This document shows positions 38,737 through 51,377 of a DNA stretch of 64,000 nt, in pieces. The translations under genes and the position numbers were made by a program. Position 1 is the stretch's first letter. Every line of letters begins with the position of its first letter. The DNA is from Mobula hypostoma (lineage: Eukaryota), in NCBI RefSeq assembly GCF_963921235.1, contig NC_086118.1:17486001-17550000 (forward strand). Reading direction: 5' to 3'. The notes beneath the pieces were generated by a model, which did no database searches, was not told the origin of the DNA, and was given only the letters and a program-made list of their open reading frames with translations.

Positions 38737-40370
38737 AGGACGGTACCATTATCATGGAAAAAGATGAGATTATGAACAGATGGACTGAGTATATTCAGGA
38801 ATTGTTCGAAGACGATCGAGGCAAAAAACCAGAAATTAAGAAAAACATTGAAGGTCCAAGTATTTTAAAATCTGAAGTTCGTAATGCAATAAATAAGACG
38901 AAGAAAGGAAGGGCAGCAGGTGCTGATGAATTAGTAATAGAACAAATTATCGCCCTTGAAGATTATGGAATTGAAAAACTTACTGATTTAATCAATGACA
39001 TTTATGAGACTGGAATAATACCAGAAGAGATGAAAAAGTCAGTATTTATCACTCTTCCTAAGAAAGCTGGAGCAATAGAATGTGAATTACATAGGACCAT
39101 AAATTTAATGAGTCATATCACCAAGATACTTCTAAGAATTTTGATAACAAGAGCTAAAAGTAAGATACAAGCTGAAATAGGCAAAGAACAATGTGGTTTT
39201 GTGAAAGACAAAGGTACAAGAAATGCGATATTGATGTTAAGGATACTATCAGAACGAGCTATTCAACTGCAAAAAGATTTGTTTGTTTGTTTTATCGACT
39301 ACACAAAAGCATTTGATAAAGTGAAGCACGATTAGTTATTTGAAATATTGCAGAAAACTCTAGATCTAGATTTGAAAGACCTCCGCCTAATCAGAAACCT
39401 GTACTGGGAGCAAACTGCCACTGTAAGAATAGATGGAGAAGTGAGTCAGTTTACGAAAATCAAAAGAGGCATTAGACAAGGGTGTGTTTTCTCCCCTGAT
39501 TTATTTAATATGTACAGTGAAACAACATTACAAAAAATAAGAGACATCTTGGGAATCAATGTCGGCGGTGAAAACATCAATAATTTCAGATATGCAGATG
39601 ACACTGTGTTAATTGCAAGTATGGAGGAAGAACTACAAAACTTAATTGATATACTTGTTGAAGAAAGTGCAAAAATAGGTCTATCTATCAATTGCAAAAA
39701 GACAGAATGTATGGTGATATCCAAAAAGAAGGAGAATCCTATCTGCAGGCTGAGAATAAACGGGGAAGACATAAAACAAGTACAGAACTTTTGCTACTTA
39801 AGGAAGCTGGGTGACATCAGATGGCAGGTGCAACTTGGACATCAAAAGAATAGGGATGGCAAAAGACACTTTTATGAGAATGAAGAGTATACTGACCAAT
39901 ACTAAACTAGGCATGACAACCTGCCTCAGAGTACTGAAATATTACCTTTATCCAGTTATGTTATATGGCTCAGAATGTTGGAAAATATCTAGTAACATGA
40001 GGAAACGAATTGTAGTAGCAGAGATGCGGTTTTTGAGGAGGATGCAAAGAATATCATGGACGAAACAAATATCTAACCAGGATGTCATGAACAGAGCAAA
40101 CACAAAAAGAGAAATAATGTATGAGATCATGAAAAGGGAATGTAACTTCATTCGACATGTGATTAGGAAAGAGGAACTAGAATGCCCGGTAATTATGGGA
40201 AAGAATAAAGGGAAGAAAGCAGGAGGAAGACAAAGACAAATTATGATGGAGACAGCAGCCAGAGGACTGGAAATGAATACCAATGAATTGATTCACTTGA
40301 CCCGAAACAGGAGAATGTGGGCCATGGCAGTCAAAGCTCAAACCGGGCATGGCACCTGATGATGATGATG
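38737..40370 (+). mobile_element. Young 5'-truncated RTE-clade LINE: RT domain and C-terminus
   Basis: CELHRTINLMSHITKILL, EQCGF, FIDYTKAFDKV, GIRQGCVFSPDLFN, FRYADDTVL. One in-frame stop (~39333) and a frameshift near 39800. (GAT)n tail. 12-bp TSD actcccacataa at 38725-38736 and 40371-40382. Confidence 0.95.
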
Positions 40371-40384
40371 ACTCCCACATAAGG

Positions 40385-40640
40385 CTTCCAAGGTAGCATC
40401 ACAGTTAGCACAATGCTATTATAGGTTGTGTTGTCGGAGTTCAGAGTTCATTTTTGACACTGTGAGAAGTTTGTACATCCTTTCTGAGAAGCACGTGGTT
40501 TTCCTCTGGGTGCTGCGGTTTCTTCCCACAGTCCAAAGACGTACTGGTTAGTGGGAACGTTGTCCTGTGATTAGGCTGGGGTTCAATAGGTGGATTACCT
40601 GGCTAGAAAGGCCTGTTCCATGCTGTATCTCTGAATAAAT
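40385..40640 (+). mobile_element. tRNA-derived SINE related to 36401-36662
   Basis: ggtgctgcggtttcttcccacagtccaaagacgtac body and tgctgtatctctgaataaat tail. Confidence 0.75.
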
Positions 40641-42659
40641 CAATGAAGTTACATAAACATTTCTGTTCACTGAGGAGGTCCAGAATTTTGACCAAATGGC
40701 AATAAAGGAACACAGATAAATTTCCAAATCAGTACAATGCGAGTCTTGTTCATGCTTGCTGTTCACCTTCTTTGAAATAGAGGTCAGGGATATCTGAGCT
40801 TCTGCTAAAGCATTCATTACTACATTATCTCTTTCATTTGGTCCACAGCACACCTATGGTAATAGAAGGTGTGATTGCTTAAGGACATGAATGAAGTGGC
40901 AGTCATGGGGTGGTTTGCTTTGTTGCTTCTTGATAGATGCTGTACCTTGCAGTCCCACAAAAAGTGGAGAGCATTCTGTTGCACTCCTCATTTAGGACTC
41001 CTGCATGTTGTAAGGGTTAAAGGCTAAGGGAAATAAGAGATGAGGTAATCCCTCCAGAATACCTGGAATATTCTTGCAGAGAGTTTATTTATAGAGCTAG
41101 TCTAATTACATTTTTGGTCGATGAGGAACCCGGGGGACGGGGGTGGGGTGGTGTTGCTGATAGAGATTTGGTGATAGTAATGTAACTGAATGTCAAGGAG
41201 TGTTGACTAGGCTGTCCTGTTCTGGGTATGGTGTTCTTGGCTGCAACAAATAGGAGTGACAAAAGCAAGAGTTAGGGCCCAAGTTATAGATGGGAATTAA
41301 AACATGGTTTGACAGTATTAAAACATGTATCTGTACTGGGACAGTCAATTCTCTGACTTGGTTGGTTCTCAATCACCAGTCCTTAGCAGTACACTTGGCA
41401 GTTTGTTGAGACTCGAAGGCTTTGCTCTATATATTGCATTCATCTTCTTCATGGAATCAACTGGACTGAATCAATTTGGCGGATGATTGACTTTTGTCAT
41501 GTCAGGAAGCTCAGAAAAAGCTGAGGTAAGTCACCAACTTAGTACCTTTGTCTTAAGATATCAATCAATGCTTCAACCATCCATTTACTATTCATGAGCA
41601 TTTTGGCAAAGATTGAAAATTGAAGGAAGAAGGTGCCAATGGAAAAGTACATTTTCTTGCTCTAAAGTCATTATACAATTCTAGTTACTGGAGCACAATT
41701 TACATGCTGATTGAACCTCTCTCCAATAAAGCCTACCAAGTGTTGCATGTTAACCCTTTGGTCCCAGCAGGAAAATTTCTAACACCCACACCGCTAGTCT
41801 AAATTAAAATATATTACCTGGTAACTATTTATTATCATACCTGCGAAGAGTGTTGTACTAACTCAAAATTATTTTCATATTTTCTATTGTAATTGTCCAT
41901 CGGCTTTAAGCTTCATTTCCTCATTGTTAAAACTGGTTTAATTCACATTTAACACCTATTTATATTTCAGGATCTAAAATTAAAACCCCAGAAAATCACC
42001 CTTGAGATCAAAGTGAAAATGAAGATTACATAGTTTCTGGAATTAATTTAAATAAGCCACACACAGTAGCAAAAGTGATCCTGTCACAGATTGCCCATGA
42101 GAGATGGAGTCAAAGTGTGATGCAATAAAGCATCTCATTCTCAGACAGTTAGGCAGTATCTCCAGACTATCTTTTCTTTTACAAGATATTCCTCCAAAGT
42201 TTGTAAGTTGAAGTTCAGGTGACCTATAAATATCATTTACAGAATGAAGCAGAATATTAATGAGTTCAGAGTGACATTCAACTCTAAATGAAATCTGTTC
42301 TCAGGCTTTAATTAATTTATTGTTCAAATGTCAAAGTTAACTTGACACAAAATGGAAATTTTTCTGTTCTTCAAGATGACCTCAAGTTTTCTTTCAATTG
42401 TCATTTCACAACCACATTTTATTTTTATAAATTCTAATTCTCAATCCTTTTACTTGCCAGAAACCTCATATGCAGCCTGTAAGTTTCATCCATTTGATAC
42501 AAAGCCATACAGACCAGGATCATGTTTAGTTATACTGCTAAATCAAGTGATCTCTTGTGGTGATAGATGTCCTTGTTTCTTTCAGATAGAACATCTGTGC
42601 AAGCCCTTTACTATTATTCAGGATTTGACATTAAGAAGAAAATCAATTATGTACGCATG

Positions 42660-43412
42660 AACACAAGAAAATAGGCCGCCTGGCCCTGAAGCTAGCCCCT
42701 ATTTAATATGACCATGGCTGATCTATGTTGATCTCAGTTCCTCTTCCGTGCCACTTGTTCATGATCCTCCCTTCCTAGATCTATGAAATACTATTCACCC
42801 CCACTTTAAATACTTTCAATGATCCAGCTTCCACCACTCACCAGGTCAGGGAATTCCAGATTCAGCAAGTTCTGCAAGAAGAAATATCCAACTAATTCGG
42901 TTTTAAATGGCTGTGCATTTGTTCAAGCCCGTCTGGCCAGTGAAAGCATTCCAACATCTATGCTGCCAAGCTGACTTTGGAATTTATATGTTTGAATAAG
43001 ATTACCCCTCGTTTTTCTCAACTCCAACAGATCCAGGTCCAATCTACTTACTCCCTCTTGGTAGTTGAGATGTCTGCCCCAGGAATTAGTCTCGATAATC
43101 TCCTTGCTTTGACTGTAACTGCATCTTTTGAGTGACAAGAGTAAAACTTTTTGTGGCATTGCATATGAGAACTAAGCATCACACTGTACAATTGGAACAG
43201 AGCAACAAAGCTTCCCTATTTTTAAATTCCCTCTCCTTTGCAACGAAGATCAAAATGTCATTTGTCCTCTTAACTGTCTTTTGGACCTTCATGCTCGCTT
43301 TTTGTGATTCCTACACTAGAACATCTCGACCTCTCTGTACTTCATTTGTTTGCACTTGTCTACAACTGGATAATAATCTGTCTTTTGGTTTCTTATGACC
43401 TCATACTTCACA
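42660..43412 (-). mobile_element. Degraded CR1 3' fragment
   Basis: LDLLELRKTRGNLIQTYK and a CR1-like tail at the left edge. Confidence 0.7.
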
Positions 43413-43438
43413 TTAATGTAGACACAAGAGACTGCAGA

Positions 43439-43737
43439 GCCTCCAAGAGGACCACGACCTTGCTGTAGGATTTAAAGTCGCATAGCTCAATTACCTGGAG
43501 AGCTATGTTGGCTGGAGTCAGGGCCTTGTGCTTTGATTCTTGGTAGGATCACCCATGCTAAACAGGTCAAAGGGTAGAGGCCAGACTAAGAGTGGTGGCC
43601 CGGTCCTCCAGGTTCGGTGGTTCAGCTCAGGGCTAACAACCCTGGCTGATCAAAAGAAAATTGTTATGGAAAGCAATGTAGCTGGAGGACCATCATCACT
43701 GTCTGAAGCGCCATTGGCATAATGGGCAATAAAAATA
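43439..43737 (+). mobile_element. Bipartite RTE-derived non-autonomous element
   Basis: RTE 5'UTR-like ggatcacccatgc..aggtcaaagggtaga..gtcctccaggtt..gggctaacaaccc. 13-bp TSD aagagactgcaga at 43426-43438 and 43738-43750. Confidence 0.75.
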
Positions 43738-45632
43738 AAGAGACTGCAGATGCAGATTCTGAGGCTGTGCCCTCTGGCATTAGACTCTCCTACAGTAGGA
43801 AACATCCTCTCCACGTCCAACCTATCAAGGCCTTTCACCATCCAATAGGTTTCAATCAGGTCATGCCTCATTCTTCAGGATTTTAGTGAATACCGGCTCA
43901 GAGGCATCAAACGCTCTTCATATGACAAGCTGTTCAATCCTGGAATCATTTTCATGGATCTCCTTTGAACCCTCTCTAATTTCAACACCTCCTTTCTAAG
44001 ATAAGGGGCCCAATGCTACTCACAATACTCCAAGTGAGACCTCACCAGTGCTTTATAAAGGCTCAACATCTCACATTACATCCTCACTTTTATATTCTCG
44101 TCCTCTTGAAACAAATACTAACATCATATTTGCCTTCCTCACCACAGACTCAACCTGCAAATTAAACTTTAGGGAATCCTGCACAAAGACTCCCAAGTCT
44201 ATTTGCACTTCAGTTTTTTGTATTTTCTCTCCATTTAGAAAATAGTCAACCCTTTCAGTTCTTTTACCAAAGTGCATAACCATACACATCCTGATGCTAT
44301 ATTCCATCTGCCACTTCTTTGCCCATTCTCCTAACCTGTAGTCTCTACTTCCCTCAGTACTACCTGCCCCTCCACCTACCTTCATATTATCTGCAAACTT
44401 GCAAGAAAGTCATCAATTCTACCAACCAAATCATTGACATATAACAAACAAGTTTCAGTCCCAACACAGAGCCCTATGGAACACCACCAGTCACCAGCAG
44501 CCAACCAGAAAAGGCTCCCTCTATTCTAACTCTTTTCCTCCTGCCAATCAGCCACAGCTTTATCCATGCTAGAATCTTTACTGTAATACCATGGGCTCAT
44601 ACATTGTTAAGCAGCCTCAGGCGTGGCATCTTGTCAAATGCCTTCTGAAAATTGAAGTACACAACATCAACCAATTCTCCTTTGCCTATCCTGCTTATTA
44701 TTTCTTTATTGAATTCTAGCAGATCTGTCAAGCAAGATTTTCCCTTGAGGAAACCAAGTTGAATATGGCCCATTTTATCATGTGCCACCAAGTACCCTGA
44801 GACTTCATCCTTAATAATTGACTGCAACATCTTCCCAACCATTGAGGTGAGACTAACTAGCCTATAGTTCCCTTTCTTCTGCCTCTCGCCCTTCTTGAAA
44901 AGTGGACTGACATTTGCAATCTTCCATTCTTCCAGAACCATTCCAGGATCTAGTGATTCTTGTAAGATCATTACTAATGCCTCCGCAATCTCTTCAGGCA
45001 CCTCTTTCAAAACCCTTGTGTGTAGACCATCTGATCCAGGTGACTTATCTACCTTCAGACCTTTCAGTTTCCCAAGAACCTTCTCTCTAGTAATGGTAAC
45101 TTCATACACGTCATGACCCCAAACACATGGAACTTCCACCATACTACTAAGGTCTTCCACAGTGAAGACTGATGTAAGATACTTATTCAGTTCACCTGTC
45201 ATTTTCTTGTCCCTTATTACTACCTCTCCAGCGACATTTTCCAGTGGTCTGATATCCACTCTCACATCTCTTTTACACTTTATGTATCTGAAGAAACTTT
45301 TGGTATCCTCTTGAATATTATTGGCTAGCTTACTTTCATAGTCCATCTTTAAATGACTTTTTTTAGTTGCCTTCTGTTGGCATTTGAAAGTTTTCCAATT
45401 CCCTAACTTCCCAATAATCTTTGCTCTTTCATATGCACTCTCTTTGGCTTTTAAGTTGGCTTTGCTTTCTCTTGTTAGCCATGGTTGTGTCATCTTGCCT
45501 TTGGAATACTTCATGCTCTTTGGGATGTATAAATCCTTTGCCTTCCTAATTGCTTCCATAAAATCCAGTCATTGCGGCTCTGCTGTCATCCCTGCCAGTG
45601 TTCTTTTCAAATCAGTTCTGGCCAACATCTTC

Positions 45633-46006
45633 CTTGGAATGGCGAAGGATGAGAGGTGACCTGATAGAAGTGTACAAGGTGATGAGAGGCATTGATCGTG
45701 TGGATAGTCAGAGGCTTTTTTCCAGGGCTGAAATGGCTAACATGAGAGGGCACAGTTTTAAGGTGCTTAGAAGTAGGTACAGAGGAAATGTCAGGGGTAA
45801 TTTTTTTACTCAGAGAGTGGTGAGTGCATGGAATAGGCTGCCGGCGACGGTGGTGGAGGTGGATACAATAGGGTCTCATAAGAGACTGCTGGATAGGTAC
45901 ATGGAGTTTAGAAAAACGGAGGGCTATGGGTAACCCCGGGTAATTTCTAAAGTAAGTACATGTAAGGGCCTGTATTTTGCTGTAGGTTTTCTATGTTCTA
46001 TGTTCT
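45633..46006 (+). mobile_element. Short CR1 3' insertion, opposite strand to its host
   Basis: LEWRRMRGDLIEVYKVMRGIDRVD..FFTQRVVSAWNRLP and a ttctatgttctatgttct tail. Confidence 0.9.
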
Positions 46007-46996
46007 AACTCCTCTCTCATGCCTCTGAAATTTCATTTACTCCACTGTAAAATCGATACATCTGACTTTGGCTTCTCTTTCTCAAATTTCAGGGTGAATT
46101 TGATCATATTATGATCACTTGCCCTTAAGAGTTCTTTTACCCGAAGCTCTCTAATCAATTATGGTTCATTGCACAACACCCAATCTAGAATAGCTGATCT
46201 CCTAGTGGGCTCAACCATGAGCTGCTCTAAAAAGCCATCTCATTGCCATGATGACTTATCACCTTCCGACCCCTATATCAACTTATTCTAATGATTTAAT
46301 TTCATTTTTATCAACAGAGCCACGCCACATCCTCTGCCTTCGTGCCTGTCCTTTCAATACAATGTGTATCCTTGGACATTAAACTCCCAGCTGTAATCTT
46401 CTTTTAGCCATGATTCAGTGGTGCCTACAACATCATACTTGTCAACCTGTAAATGTTTCAAGTTCATTGACCTTATTCTGTATACTGTGTGCATTCAAGT
46501 ATAACACCTTTCATCCTTTTTCAATTTTGTCCACCTTTTATGTTGCTACTCATCCTGTTGACTGCAATTTTGCCCTCTCTTCAGCCCCTCCTTGCTAGGA
46601 GTTTTCCTACACATTGTGTCATAGTCCGGTCCGTGAAGTCCGTATTCCGGTTCAAGGTCCGGTCCATCGACCCTTGCTCCCAGGTTTTCCTGTTTACCCT
46701 GTATCTGTTCTTGTTGAGCTCTAATTGAGGCAGCTGATGCTCTTTGGGGCTGGCTGCATAAATACCTTCAGAGACCAGGGTGTGGCTGCTGGATTGTTCT
46801 TGTCCTTACTCCTTATATCCCTTGCTCTGCCTTCTGTTTCCTCTCCTGAAGCCCTGCCTTGTCTTGCCGGTAAATCTCGCCTCGCCTGAAGTTCTCGTCT
46901 CGTCTTGCCTTGCTTTGCCAGAAGCCTTGCCTTGTCTTACCAGTAACTCTCGCCTCGCCTGAAGTTCTCGTTTCACCTTGCTTTGCCAGAAGCCTT

Positions 46997-48520
46997 ACAT
47001 AGAAACATAGAAACATAGAAAATAGGTGCAGGAGTAGGCCATTCGGCCCTTCGAGCCTGCACCGCCATTTATTATGATCATGGCTGATCATCCAACTCAG
47101 AACCCAGCCTTCCCTCCATACCCCCTGACCCCTGTAGCCACAAGGGCCATATCTAACTTCCTTTTAAACATAGCTAATGAACTGGCCTCAACAGTTTGCT
47201 GTGGCAGAGAATTCCACAGATTCACCACTCTCTGTGTGAAGAAGTTTTTCCTAACCTCGGTCCTAAAAGGCTTCCCCTCTATCCTCAAACTGTGACCCCT
47301 CGTTCTAGACCTCCCCAACATCGGGAACAATCTTCCTGCATCTAGCCTGTCCAATCCCTTTAGGATCTTATACGTTTCAATCAGATCCCCCCTCAATCTT
47401 CTAAATTCCAACGAGTACAAGCCCAGTTCATCCAGTCTTTCTTCATATGAAAGACCTGCCATCCCAGGAATCAATCTGGTGAACCTTCTTTGTACTCCCT
47501 CTATGGCAAAGATGTCTTTCCTCAGATTAGGGGACCAAAACTGCACACAATACTCCAGGTGTGGTCTCACCAAGGCCTTGTACAACTGCAGTAGTACCTC
47601 CCTGCTCCTGTACTCGAATCCTCTCGCTATAAATGCCAGCATACCGTTCGCCTTTTTCACCGCCTGCTGTACCTGCATGCCCACTTTCAATGACTGGTGT
47701 ATAATGACACCCAGGTCTCGTTGCACCTCCCCTTTTCCTAATCGGCCACCATTCAGATAATAATCTGTTTTCCTATTTTTGCCACCAAAGTGGATAACTT
47801 CACATTTATCCACATTAAATTGCATCTGCCATGAGTTTGCCCACTCACCCAACCTATCCAAGTCACCCTGCATCCTCTTAGCATCCTCCTCACTGCTAAC
47901 ACTGCCACCCAGCTTCGTGTCATCCGCAAACTTGGAGATGCTGCATTTAATTCCCTCATCCAAGTCATTAATATATATTGTAAACAACTGGGGTCCCAGC
48001 ACTGAGCCTTGCGGTACCCCACTAGTCACCGCCTGCCATTCTGAAAAGGTCCCGTTTATTCCCACTCTTTGCTTCCTGTCTGCTAACCAATTCTCCACCC
48101 ACACCAATACCTTACCCCCAATACCGTGTGCTTTAAGTTTGCACACTAATCTCCTATGTGGGACCTTGTCAAAAGCCTTTTGAAAATCCAAATATACCAC
48201 ATCCACTGGTTCTCCCCTATCCACTCTACTAGTTACATCCTCAAAAAATTCTATGAGATTCGTCAGACATGATTTTCCTTTCACAAATCCATGCTGACTT
48301 TGTCCGATCATTTCACCGCTTTCCAAATGTGCTGTTATCACATCCTTGATAACTGACTCCAGCAGTTTCCCCACCACCGACGTTAGGCTAACCGGCCTAT
48401 AATTCCCCGGTTTCTCTCTCCCTCCTTTTTTAAAAAGTGGGGTTACATTAGCCACCCTCCAATCCTCAGGAACTAGTCCAGAATCTAACGAGTTTTGAAA
48501 AATTATCACTAATTATCAAG
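46997..48520 (-). mobile_element. Very young 5'-truncated CR1 LINE
   Basis: (TTCTATGT)n tail and an uninterrupted RT ORF. gcctt is repeated at both flanks. Confidence 0.95.
47097..48509 (-). CDS. CR1 ORF2 reverse transcriptase, 5'-truncated but open for 470 codons
   Basis: NYRPVSLTS, QHGFVKGKSCLTNL, YLDFQKAFDKV, GVPQGSVLGP, KFADDTKL, LVRPHLEYCVQFW. Confidence 0.9.
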   Translation of the reverse strand: MIIFQNSLDSGLVPEDWRVANVTPLFKKGGREKPGNYRPVSLTSVVGKLLESVIKDVITAHLESGEMIGQSQHGFVKGKSCLTNLIEFFEDVTSRVDRGEPVDVVYLDFQKAFDKVPHRRLVCKLKAHGIGGKVLVWVENWLADRKQRVGINGTFSEWQAVTSGVPQGSVLGPQLFTIYINDLDEGIKCSISKFADDTKLGGSVSSEEDAKRMQGDLDRLGEWANSWQMQFNVDKCEVIHFGGKNRKTDYYLNGGRLGKGEVQRDLGVIIHQSLKVGMQVQQAVKKANGMLAFIARGFEYRSREVLLQLYKALVRPHLEYCVQFWSPNLRKDIFAIEGVQRRFTRLIPGMAGLSYEERLDELGLYSLEFRRLRGDLIETYKILKGLDRLDAGRLFPMLGRSRTRGHSLRIEGKPFRTEVRKNFFTQRVVNLWNSLPQQTVEASSLAMFKRKLDMALVATGVRGYGGKAGF

Positions 48521-50294
48521 GCCTTGCCTTGTCTTGCCGTCTTGTCCTGGAGCCACCCTGTACCTAGGTCCCTTCCTGTCCCTTGCCTCCACCTAGGTAA
48601 GCCAGGCTGTCTTGCCGTTACCTGTGGTTGGTTCTGTCCCTTCCTGTCCCTTGCCTCTGTCAGGTGGTGATCCGTGCCCTGCCCAGGAGGACCCTGTCTA
48701 GCCTCAAGCCTGAAGACTCCAGCCTCCTGCCAAGCCTCGCCTCAAGTCTCCAGCCTCCTGCCTCCTGCGTCTGGCTCGGAGTCCAAGCCCAGGCTCCTAG
48801 CTCCTTTGTCCAGTCCTGTTCCAGGTTCCTGGTTTTCCTGTCCATGTCCTTGCCATCGCCCTGTATCCTAGTCCAGTCCCTAGTACTTCAGTGTCTGTGT
48901 CTTGCACTTGGGTCCGTTCCCAGCCACCTCCTTATGACACATTGCCTCTGTTTGCAAACCAATTACCTCATCTTCAGCACTATCACTCCAGTTCCCATCT
49001 CCCTGTTAAATTAGTTTAAATCCACCCAAACAGCTATAGCCAACCTGCCCACAAGGATATTGGACCCCCTTGAGTTCAGATGTAACTCATCCCTTTTGTA
49101 CCAGTCATACCTTTCCTAAAAGAGATCCCAATGATCCATAAATCTGACCCCTGTCCCTTTAGCAACACATCCACCTGCTAAATCATCCTATTCTTGCTGC
49201 CACTGGCATGTTGCATAGGCAGCAGTCTAGGGATCACTACTCTGGAGGTCTTGTTTTTCAGCTTTCTACCTAGCTCCCTAAAATCTCTCTTCAGAACCTC
49301 CTCACCTTGTCTAATTATGTCATTGGTGCCAATACATACCAAGAGTTCTGGCTGCTCACTCTCGCCCTTGAGAATGCCATGGGCACAATCTGAGACATCC
49401 GTCATCCTGGCACCAGGGAGCAACATACCATTTGGGTGACTCTATCAGGACGAGATAGGGGAAAGAGCCGGCCCCAGGGAGGACTAGTGCCAGGTAGGAG
49501 GTCTATGGCATAGTTGTATGGCCGGTGTGGGGGCAGGGCGGTGGCCTTTCTTTTACTGAAAACCTCAAGGAGATCTGCATATTCAGCCGGAATCTCAGAC
49601 AGGTCCACATCCTTAGCTGACAGGAGGGGATTTATGGAATGGAGCTTGAGCTGGACCCAGACAGGTAGACAGGCATGCCAGTTCCCATTCTTGGAGTACC
49701 TTCAGAGACCAATCGATCCGTGAGTTATGTCGGGATAACCGGGGAGACCAAGCACCAGTGGCAGTTCAGGTGAGTTAACCAGATAGAAAGATATTTCTTC
49801 ATGCTGGTTGCCTTCCAGCACCAGTTGGAGGGGTTGGGTGGTAAGGTGGATCTGGCAGGTTCCCAGAGGTCGGCTGTCCAGCACCTTGACATTGATCTTT
49901 TCTCTTAATTCCTGAGTTGGAATTCCTTATCTTTGAGCGAGAGAAGTGTCCATAAGATTCCCGGCAGCACCAAAGTCAATAAACGCTTTAAGTTCATGGG
50001 TCGAGACTTCCACAACAAGGAAGCTGCGAGCATTACAGAATTAGGGGAAGCTGACTGAAGAGAGAACCGACACGTCAGGATTCCCCTCCCTGCTGACGGG
50101 TATTCTCTTTTACTGGACACTTGGAACATGCCACCCTGAAGTGGCCTGGGTCACCACAATAGAGGCGGCAACCTGTCCTCCAGCGCTGCTCTCGTTCCTC
50201 CTGAGACAGGCGCATGCGCCCCACTTGCAGAGGCTCCTCCGTGGGCTGGGTGCTGGGTGGTGAGGGAGGTGGGGAGGGCGAGGAAAGTTGGTGA

Positions 50295-50726
50295 TCAGGC
50301 GGCGTGTAGGAAGTTTTCCCTGTGCCACTCAGTTACCCGGTCGTCCATTCGAATAGCCAGATTAATCAGGTCATCCAGACTATCCTGCTCATCCCGGACA
50401 GCGACCTCATGCTGGATCCCTGCGTTCAGTCCATGCAGCAAGGCAGTGATGAGGGATCTCTCGTTCCAACCCGTCTCTACTGCAAGGATATGAAATTTAA
50501 CTGCATTGGCTCTCACCGTTCCTCTGCCTTGGCGCAGGTCTAAGAGTTGGTGGGCAGCCTCTTGGCCCTGTACTGGAAGATCAAAAACCGTCCTTAACTC
50601 TGCCATGAAATGTCGGAATGACTGGGCTGCGGGGTATCCTTTGCTCCCGTAAAACGCTGAACAGGCTGAGTGGAGGTCCGTTAGGAAGATTGACTCTGTA
50701 AGCCAATTTTCACGCATCATCACCAA
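50295..50726 (-). pseudogene. Gypsy gag (capsid) remnant
   Basis: FMAELRTVFD..LLDLRQG..KFHILA..GWNE..GLN; frameshifted from the upstream gag part. Confidence 0.85.
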
Positions 50727-51334
50727 AACGACCAGGCTGGGCTTGGAATGTCAGCTCGCATTGGGTGATAAAATTCCTGCAACCATCGGGATCATCAGAA
50801 TATCTGTCTGATGGTGGAATACTCGTTTCCTGTACGGTTGTGGGAGTGGGCTCTGTTCCGGGTGCAGGAGCGGGAGGGAGCATTAGTAGCAGAGATGGCC
50901 GGGGCAGCAGTCAAGGAGGACCTGCGAGATGCTGGGAGTGGGACTGAGGCAGCCTGAAGCTGCTGAATTGAGCTGGTGAGACTGTTAATGGTTGTCAGCT
51001 GATGCTGGCTGTTCACAGTAAGGTCGTAGACAGCGGCCATGAGTGCGGAAATCGCAGATACCCGAGTCCGATTGTCTGTGGTGAGCTGTAGAACAGTTGC
51101 GGCTAGGGACGATACCTGTTCCTCCAAGTGAGACTGGGCTTGTCGGCCCTAGATTTTCTGCCTCATTGCCTCCGTAACTTCACGGAGAACAGATTACGTT
51201 GCCTGTAGCTTGTCTCTTACCTGAGCAATGAACCTCACGGCCAAGGTCAACTGCTATCTCTCTGTTGGGTCTATCTTTGTGTGTTTGGGACTTGCTGTCA
51301 CCAGGCTCGGATATGGCCCATATGGGGGGGGGGG

Positions 51335-51338
<4 letters not shown>

Positions 51339-51373
<35 letters not shown>
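51339..51373. repeat. (AG)n microsatellite next to poly-G inside the LTR
   Basis: Read directly from the sequence. Confidence 0.9.

Positions 51374-51377
<4 letters not shown>

Larger units (their letters stand above)
46617..48939. mobile_element. Solo LTR (~800 bp), interrupted by a young CR1
   Basis: Inverted ends TGTCATA...TATGACA. 5-bp TSD cattg at 46612-46616 and 48940-48944. Internal ~70-bp tandem duplication. Confidence 0.85.

Noticed and set aside
47479..48183. Antisense ORFs over CR1 and RTE reverse transcriptases
   Set aside because: Shadow frames of the real RT coding strand.
49447..51130. Domesticated PEG10/RTL1-like gene
   Set aside because: Multiple frameshifts, a degenerate Zn knuckle, a retained LTR and truncated pol indicate a decaying element.
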